A program made the position numbers and the translations under genes. Of a stretch of 64,000 nt of DNA, positions 56,227-64,000 are shown in pieces; the stretch's first letter is position 1; every line of letters starts with the position of its first letter. Under the pieces are notes generated by a model. It did not search any database and was not told the origin of the DNA. It worked only from the letters and a program-made list of their open reading frames with translations. The DNA comes from Eledone cirrhosa (lineage: Eukaryota): NCBI GenBank assembly GCA_964016885.1, contig OZ024740.1, positions 137,392,001 to 137,456,000 on the forward strand. The letters are read 5' to 3'.

Positions 56227-59200
56227 AATCTCCAATTCTCTCTTTCTCTTATCACTTTTCTCTCAATCTCCAATTCTCTCTTTCTCTTATTAGTTTTCTC
56301 TCAATCTCCAATTCTCTCTTTCTCTTATCACTTTTATCTCAATGTCCAATTCTCTCTTTCTCTTATCACTTTTCTCTCAATCTGCAATTCTCTCTTTCTC
56401 TTATCACTTGTTTCCCAATCTACAATTCTCTCTTTCTCTTATCACTTTTCCCCCAATCTCTAATTCTCTCTTTCTCTTATCACTTTTCTCTCAATCTCCA
56501 ATTCTCTCTTTCTCTTATCACATTTCCCATAATCTCCAATTCTCTCTTTCTCTTATCACTTTTCTCTCAATCTCCAATTCTCTCTTTCTCTTATCACTTT
56601 TCTGCCAATCTCCAATTCTCTCTTTCTCTTATCACTTTTCTCTCAATCTCCAATTCTCTCTTTCTCTTATCACTTTTCTATCAATCTCCAATTCTCTCTT
56701 TCTCTTATCACTTTTCTCTCAATCTCCAATTCTCTCTTTCTCTTATCACTTTTCTCTCAATTTTCAATTCTCTCTTTCTCTTATCACTTTTCTCTCAATC
56801 TCCAATTCTCTCTTTCTCTTATCACTTTTCCCCTAATCTCCAATTCTCTCTTTCTCTTATCACTTTTCTCTCAATCTCCAATTCTCTCTTTCTCTCCTCA
56901 CTTTTCTCTCAATCTGCAATTCTCTCTTTCTCTTATCCATTTTCTCTCAATCTGCAATTCTCTCTTTCTTTTCTCACTTTTCCCCCAATCTCCAATTCTC
57001 TCTTTCTCTTCACACTTTTCCCCCAATCTCCAATTCTCTCTTTCTCTTATCACTTTTCTCTCAATCTCCAATTTTCTCTTTCTCTTATCACTTTTCTCTC
57101 AATCTCCAATTCTCTCTTTCTCTTATCACCTTTCTCTCAATCTCCAACTCTCTCTTTCTCTTATCCCTTTTCTCTCAATCTCCAATTCTCTCTTTCTCTT
57201 CTCACTTTTCTCTCAATCTCCAATCCTCTCTTTCTGTTCTCAGTTTTCCCCCAATCTCCAATTCTCTATTTCTCTTATCACTTTTCTCTCAATCTCCAAT
57301 TCTCTCTTTCTCTTATCACTTTTCCCCCAATCTCCAATTCTCTCTTTCTCTAATCACTTTTCTCTCAATTTCCAATTCTCTCTTTCTCTTATCACTTTTC
57401 TCTCAATCTCCAATTCTCTCTTTCTCTTCTCACTTTATTCCCAATCTCCAATACTCTCTTTCTCTTCTCACATTTCCCCCAATCTCCAATTCTCTCTTTC
57501 TCTCATCACGTTTCTCTCAATCTCCAATTCTCTCTTTCTCTCCTCACTTTTCTGTGAATCTCCAATTCTCTCTTTATCTACTCACTTTTCTCTCAATCTC
57601 CAAACCTCTCTTTCTGTTCTCAGTTTACTCCCAATCTCCAATTCTCTCTTTCTCTTATCACTTTTCTCTCAATCTCCAATTCTCTCTTTCTCTTATCACT
57701 TTTCCCTCAATCTCCGATTCACTCTTTCTATTATCACTTTTCTCTCAATCTCCAATTCTCTCTTTCACTTATCACTTTTTTCTCAATCTCCAATTCTCTC
57801 TTTCTCTTATCACTTTACCCCCAATCTCCAATTCTCTCTTTCTCTTATGCCTTTTCTCTCAATCTCCAATTCTCTCTTTCTTTTCTCACTTTTCCCCCAA
57901 TCTCCAATTCTCTCTTTCTCTTCACACTTTTCCCCCAATCTCCAATTCTCTCTTTCTCTTATCACTTTCCCCCCAATCTCCAATTCTCTCTTTCTCTTAT
58001 CACTTTGCCCCCAATCTCCAATTCTCTCTTTCTCTAATCACTTTTCCCCCAATCTCCAATTCTCTCTTTCTCTTCTCACTTTTCCCCCAATCTCCAATTC
58101 TCTCTTTCTCTCATCACTTTTCTCTCAATCTCCAATTCTCTCTTTCTCTTCTCACTTTTCTCTGAATCTCCAATTCTCTCTTTATCTTCTCACTTTTCTC
58201 TCAATCTCCAATCCTCTCTTTCTGTTCTCAGTTTACCCCCAATCTCCAATTGTCTCTTTCTCTCATCACTTTTCTCTCAATCTCCAATTCGCTCTTTCTC
58301 TTATCACTTTTCTCTCAATCTCCAATTCTCTCTTTCTCTTATCACTTTTCCCCTATCTCCAATTCTCTCTTTCTCTTATCACTTTTATCTCAATCTCCAA
58401 TTCTATCTTTCTCTTATCACTTTTCTCTCAATCTCCAATTCTCTCTTTCTCTTCTCACTTTTCCCCCAATCTCCAATTCTCTCTTCCTCTTCTCACATTT
58501 CCCCCAATCTCCAATTCTCTCTTTCTCTCCTCACTATTCTCTGAATCTCCAATTCTCTCTTTATCTTCTCACTTTTCTCTCAATCTCCAATCCTCTCTTT
58601 CTGTTCTCAGTTTACTCCCAATCTCCAATTCTCTCTTTCTCTTATCACTTTTCCCCCAATCTCCAATTCTCTCTTTCTATTATCACTTTTCTCTCAATCT
58701 CCAATTCTCTCTTTCTCTTATCACCTTTCCCCCAATCTCCAATTCTCTCTTTCTCTTATCACTTTTCTCTAAATCTCCAATTCTCTCTTTCTCTTATGAC
58801 TTTTCCCCCAATCTCCAATTCTCTCTTTCTGTTATCAATTTTCTCTCAATCTCCAATTCTTTATTTCTCTTATCACTTTTCTCTCAATCTCCAATTCTCT
58901 CTTTCACTTATCATTTTTTTCTCAATCTCCAATTCTCTCTTTCTCTTATCACTTTTCTGCCAATCTCCAATTCTCTCTTTCTCTTATCACTTTTCTCTCA
59001 ATCTCCAATTCTCTCTTTCTCTTATCACTTTTCTCTCAATCTCCACTTCTCTCTTTCTGTTCTCAGTTTACCCCCAATCTCCAATTCTCTCTTTCTCTCA
59101 TCACTTTTCTCTCCATCTCCAATTCTCTCTTTCTCTTCTCACTTTTCCTCCAATCTCCAATTCTCTCTTTCTCTTCTCACTTTTCCCCCAATCTCCAATT

Positions 59201-60972
59201 CTCTCTTTCTCTAATCACTTTTCTCTCAATCTCCAATTCTCTCTTTCTCTTATCACTTTTCTCTCAATCTCCAATTCTCTCTTTCTCTTATCACTTTTCC
59301 CCCATCTCCAATTCTCTCTTTCTCTTATCACTTTTCTCTCAATCTCCAAATCTCTCTTTCTCTTATCACTTTTCTCTCAATCTCCAAATCTCTCTTTCTC
59401 AAATCACTTTTCTCTCAATCTCCTATTCTCTCTTTCTCTTATCACTTTTCTCTCAATCTCCAATTCCCTCTTTCTATTATCACTTTTCTCTCAATCTCTA
59501 ATTCTCTCTTTCTCTTATCACTTTTCTCTCAATCTCCAATTCTCTCTTTCACTTATCACTTTTCTCTCAATCTCCAATTATCTCTTTCTCTTATCACTTT
59601 TCCCCCCAATCTCCAATTCTGTATTTCTCTTATCACTTTTCTCTCACTCTCCAATTCTCTCTTTCTCTTATGACTTTTCCCCCAATCTCCAATTCTCTCT
59701 TTCTCTTATCCCTTTTCTCTCAATCACCAATCCTCTCTTTCTTTCTCACTTTTCCCCCAATCTCCAATTCTCTCTTTCACTTATCACTTTTCTCTCAATC
59801 TCCAATTCTCTCTTTCTCTTATCACTTTTCCCCCAATCTCCAATTCTCTCTTTCTCTTATCCCTTTTCTCTCAATCACCAATCCTCTCTTTCTTTCTCAC
59901 TTTTCCCCCAATCTCCAATTCTCTCTTTCTCTTCTCACTTTTCCCCCAATCTCCAATTCTCTCTTTCTCTTCTCACATTTCCCCCAATCTCCAATTCTCT
60001 CTTTCTCTTATCACTTTTCTCTCAATCTCCAATCCTCTCTTTCAGTTCTCAGTTTACTCCTAATCTCCAATCTCTCTTTCTCTCATCACTTTTATCTCAA
60101 TCTCCAATTCTCTCTTTCTCTCCTCACTATTCTCTGAATCTCCAATTCTCTCTTTATCTTCTCACTTTTCTCTCCATCTCCAATCCTCTCTTTCTGTTCT
60201 CAGTTTACTCCCAATCTCCAATTCTCTCTTTCTCTTATCACTTTTCCCCCAATCTCCAATTCTCTCTTTCTATTATCACTTTTCTCTCTATCTCCAATTC
60301 TCCCTTTCTCTTATCACCTTTCCCCCAATCTCCAATTCTCTCTTTCTCTTATCACTTTTCTCTAAATCTCCAATTCTCTCTTTCTCTTATGACTTTTCCC
60401 CCAATCTCCAATTCTCTCTTTCCGTTATCAATTTTCTCTCAATCTCCAATTCTTTATTTCTCTTATCACTTTTCTCTCAATCTCCAATTCTCTCTTTCAC
60501 TTATCATTTTTTTCTCAATCTCCAATTCTCTCTTTCTCTTATCACTTTTCTCTCCATCTCAAATTCTCTCTTTCTCTTCTCACTTTTCCCCCAATCTCCA
60601 ATTCTCTCTTTCTCTTCTCACTTTCCCCCAATCTCCAATTCTCTCTTTCTCTCATCACTTTTCTCTCAATCTCCAATTCTCTCTTTCTCTTATCACTTTT
60701 CTCTCAATCTCCAATTCTCTCTTTCTCTTATCACTTTTCTCTCAATCTCCAATTCTCTCTTTCTCAAATCACTTTTCTCTCAATCTCCTATTCTCTCTTT
60801 CTCTTATCACTTTTCTCTCAATCTCCAATTCCCTCTTTCTCTTATCACTTTTCTCTCAATCTCTAATTCTCTCTTTCTCTTATCACTTTTCTCTCAATCT
60901 CCAAATCTCTCTTTCACTTATCACTTTTCTCTCAATCTCCAATTCTCTCTTTCTATTATCACTTTTCCCTCC
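56227..60972 (+). repeat. 4746-bp tandem duplication, copy 2
   Basis: Same private variants as copy 1 (CACGTTTC, CTGTGAAT, CCGATTCAC, TATGCC, TTCCGTT). The match continues to about 60998 and breaks at 56253 C versus 60999 T. Confidence 0.95.
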
Positions 60973-63900
60973 AATCTCCAATTCTCTCTTTCTCTTATTA
61001 CTTTTCTCTCACTCTCCAATTCTCTCTTTCTCTTATGACTTTTCCCCCAATCTCCGATTCTCTCTTTCTCTTATCCCTTTTCTCTCAATCTCCAATTCTC
61101 TCTTTCTTTTATCACTTTTCCCCCAATCTCCAATTCTCTCTTTCTCTTCACACTTTTCCCCCAATCTCCAATTCTCTCTTTCTCTTATCACTTTTCCCCC
61201 AATCTCCAATTCTCTCTTTCTCTTATCCCTTTTCTCTCAATCTCCAATTCTCTCTTTCTTTTCTCACTTTTCCCCCAATCTTCAATTCTCTCTTTCTCTT
61301 CACACTTTTTCCCCAATCTCCAATTCTCTCTTTCACTTATCACTTTTCCCCCAATCTCCAATTCTCTCTTTCTCTTATCCCTTTTTTCTCAATCTCCAAT
61401 TCTCTCTTTCTCTTATCACTTTTCCCCCAATCTCCAATTCTCTCTTTCTCTTCTCACTTTTCTCCCAATCTCCAATTCTCTCTTTCTCTCATCACTTTTC
61501 TCTCAATCTCCAATTCTCTCTTTCTCTTATCACTTTACCCCCAATCTCCAATTCTCTCTTTCTCTTATCCCTTTTCTCTCAATCTCCAATTCTCTCTTTC
61601 TTTTCTCACTTTTCCCCCAATCTCCAATTCTCTCTTTCTCTTCACACTTTTCCCCCAAACTCCAATTCTCTCTTTCTCTTATCACTTTCCCCCCAATCTC
61701 CAATTCTCTCTTTCTCTTATCACTTTTCCCCCAATCTCCAATTCTCTCTTTCTCTAATCACTTTTCCCCCAATCTCCAATTCTCTCTTTCTCTTCTCACT
61801 TTTCCCCCAATCTCCAATTCTCTCTTTCTCTCATCACTTTTCTCTCAATCTCCAATTCTCTCTTTCTCTTATCACTTTTCCCCCAATCTCCAATTCTCTC
61901 TTTCTCTTATCACTTTTCTCTCACTCTCCAATTCTGTCTTTCTCTTATCACTTTTCCCCCAATCTCCAATTCTCTCTTTCTCTTATCAATTTTCTCTCAA
62001 TCTCCAATTCTTTCTTTCTCTAATCACTTTTCCCCCAATCTCCAATTCTCTCTTTCTCTTATCACTTTTCTCTCAATCTCCAATTCTCCTTTTCACTTAT
62101 CACTTTTTTCTCAATCTCCAATTCTCTCTTTCTCTTATCACTTTTCTCTCAATCTCCAATTCTCTCTTTCTCTTCTCACTTTTCCCCCAATCTCCAATTC
62201 TCTCTTTCTCTTATCACTTTTCTCTCAATTTCCAATTCTCTCTTTCTCTTCTCACTTTTTTCCCAATCTCCAATACTCTCTTTCTCTTCTCACATTTCCC
62301 CCAATCTCCAATTCTCTCTTTCTCTCATCACGTTTCTCTCAATCTCCAATTCTCTCTTTCTCTCCTCACTTTTCTCTGAATCTCCAATTCTCTCTTTATC
62401 TACTCACTTTTCTCTCAATCTCCAAACCTCTCTTTCTGTTCTCAGTTTACTCCCAATCTCCAATTCTCTCTTTCTCTTATCACTTTTCTCTCAATCTCCA
62501 ATTCTCTCTTTCTCTTATCACTTTTCCCCCAATCTCCGATTCACTCTTTCTATTATCACTTTTCTCTCAATCTCCAATTCTCTCTTTCACTTATCACTTT
62601 TTTCTCAATCTCCAATTCTCTCTTTCTCTTATCACTTTTCTCTCAATCTCCAATTCTCTCTTTCTCTCATCACTTTTCCCCCAATCTCCAATTCTCTCTC
62701 TCTATTATCACTTTTCTGTCAATCTCCAATTCTCTCTTTCTCTTATCACTTTTCTCTCCATCTCCAAGTCTCTCTTTCTCTTATCACTTTTCTCTCAATC
62801 TCCAAATCTCTCTTTCTCTTCTCACTTTTCCCCCAATCTCCAATTCTCTCTTTCTCTTATCACTTTTCCACCAATCTCCAATTCTCTCTTTCTATTATCA
62901 CTTTTCTCTCAATCTCCAATTCTCTCTTTCTCTTATCACCTTTCCCCCAATCTCCAATTCTCTCTTTCTGTTATCAATTTTCTCTCAATCTCCAATTCTT
63001 TCTTTCTCTTATCACTTTTCTCTCAATCTCCAATTCTCTCTTTCACTTATCACTTTTTTCTCAATCTCCAATTCTCTCTTTCTCTTATCACATTTCTCTC
63101 AATCTCTAATTCTCTCATTCTCTTATCACTTTTCCCCCAATCTCCAATTCTCTCTTTCTATTATCACTTTTCTCTCAATCTCCAATTCTCTCTTTCTCTT
63201 ATCACTTTTCTCTCAATCTCCAAATCTCTCTTTCTCTTCTTACTTTTCCCCCAATTTCCAATTCTCTCTTTCTCTTCTCACTTTTCCCCCAATCTTCAAT
63301 TCTCTCTTTCTCTCATCACTTTTCTCTCAATCTCCAATTCTCTCTTTCTCTTATCACTTTTCTCTCAATCTCCAATTCTCTCTTTCTCTTATCACTTTTA
63401 CCCCATCTCCAATTCTCTCTTTCTCTTATCACTTTTCTCTCAATCTCCAATTCTCTCTTTCTCTTATCACTTTTCCCCCCAATCTCCAATTCTCTCTTTC
63501 TCTTATCACTTTTCTCTCACTCACCAATTCTCTCTTTCTCTTATGACTTTTCCCCCAATCTCCAATTCTCTATTTCTCTTATCCCTTTTCTCTCAATCTC
63601 CAATTCTCTCTTTCTTTTCTCACTTTTCCCCCAATCTCCAATTCTCTCTTTCTCTTCACACTTTTTCCCCAATCTCCAATTCTCTCTTTCTCTTATCACT
63701 TTTCCCCCAATCTCCAATTCTCTCTTTCTCTTATCCCTTTTCTCTCAATCTCCAATTCTCTCTTTCTCTTATCACTTTTCCCCCAATCTCCAATTCTCTC
63801 TTTCTCTTCTCACTTTTCTCCCAATCTCCAATTCTCTCTTTCTCTCATCACTTTTCTCTCAATCTCCAATTCTCTCTTTCTCTTATCACTTTACCCCCAA

Positions 63901-64000
63901 TCTCCAATTCTCTCTTTCTCTTATCCCTTTTCTCTCAATCTCCAATTCTCTCTTTCTTTTCTCACTTTTCCCCCAATCTCCAATTCTCTCTTTCTCTTCA

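Larger units (their letters stand above)
1..64000 (+). repeat. Satellite DNA array, 38-bp monomer (AATCTCCAATTCTCTCTTTCTCTTATCACTTTTCTCTC), about 1,680 tandem copies in one orientation
   Basis: CTCCAATT recurs at 61 and 99 (38 bp apart) and the period persists to the end of the window. + strand ORFs translate as a 38-aa cycle (LSISNSLFLLSLFSQSPILSFSYHFSLNLQFSLSLITF = 3 x 38 nt). No non-repeat sequence was seen. Confidence 0.99.

Noticed and set aside
4660-62023. Long + strand ORFs (up to 1257 aa) of S/L/F/I-rich sequence as protein-coding genes
   Set aside because: They are translations of the stop-free satellite strand. They overlap in several frames with the same peptide, start at chance ATG/TTG/GTG variants, and show no domain, unique sequence or gene context.
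1-64000. CRISPR array (the 38-bp repeat length is in the CRISPR range)
   Set aside because: Repeats are directly adjacent with no unique spacers. There is no leader, no palindromic repeat structure and no cas gene.
1-64000. Telomerase-synthesised telomeric tract (strand-asymmetric repeat)
   Set aside because: The unit is longer than the telomerase repeats I know and the consensus lacks G-tracts. Variants are inherited in kb-scale duplicated blocks, which indicates recombinational amplification rather than templated addition. A recombination-maintained terminal or subtelomeric satellite cannot be excluded from sequence alone.
1-64000. Embedded transposon, inversion, tRNA/rRNA or unique island hidden in the array
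   Set aside because: Reading through the window, I found no G-rich or purine-rich + strand segment and no departure from the monomer beyond point variants and small indels. A very short insert could have been missed by eye.
61000-64000. G-quadruplex or i-motif potential from CCCCC variants
   Set aside because: C5 tracts occur at most once per 38 bp, so loops would be about 33 nt, far longer than in canonical stable G4 or i-motif patterns.
1-64000. Antigenic-variation cassette system or diversity-generating element
   Set aside because: There is no expression site, recombinase, reverse transcriptase or coding context. Ordinary satellite turnover explains the cassette shuffling adequately.

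Overview
The whole 64 kb window is one uninterrupted, head-to-tail satellite DNA array of about 1,680 copies (64000/38) of a 38-bp monomer. The consensus is AATCTCCAATTCTCTCTTTCTCTTATCACTTTTCTCTC (19 T, 13 C, 6 A, 0 G). I found no unique sequence, credible gene, RNA gene, transposon, CRISPR spacer or inversion, and the array runs off both ends. All ORFs in the track are explained by the repeat: the + strand consensus has no stop codon in any frame. The informative structure lies in the variant monomers. They form ordered multi-monomer cassettes, which are shuffled and nested into higher-order duplications (about 0.1, 0.65, 1.9, 2.0, 2.4, 4.75 and 11.9-12.0 kb offsets), and they define three sub-domains with different variant sets. 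This looks like eukaryotic heterochromatic satellite, but the organism and chromosomal location cannot be determined from the sequence. I see no evidence for a new protein-coding system. All comparisons were by eye using marker variants and ORF-track offsets, so breakpoints are approximate to within about one monomer.
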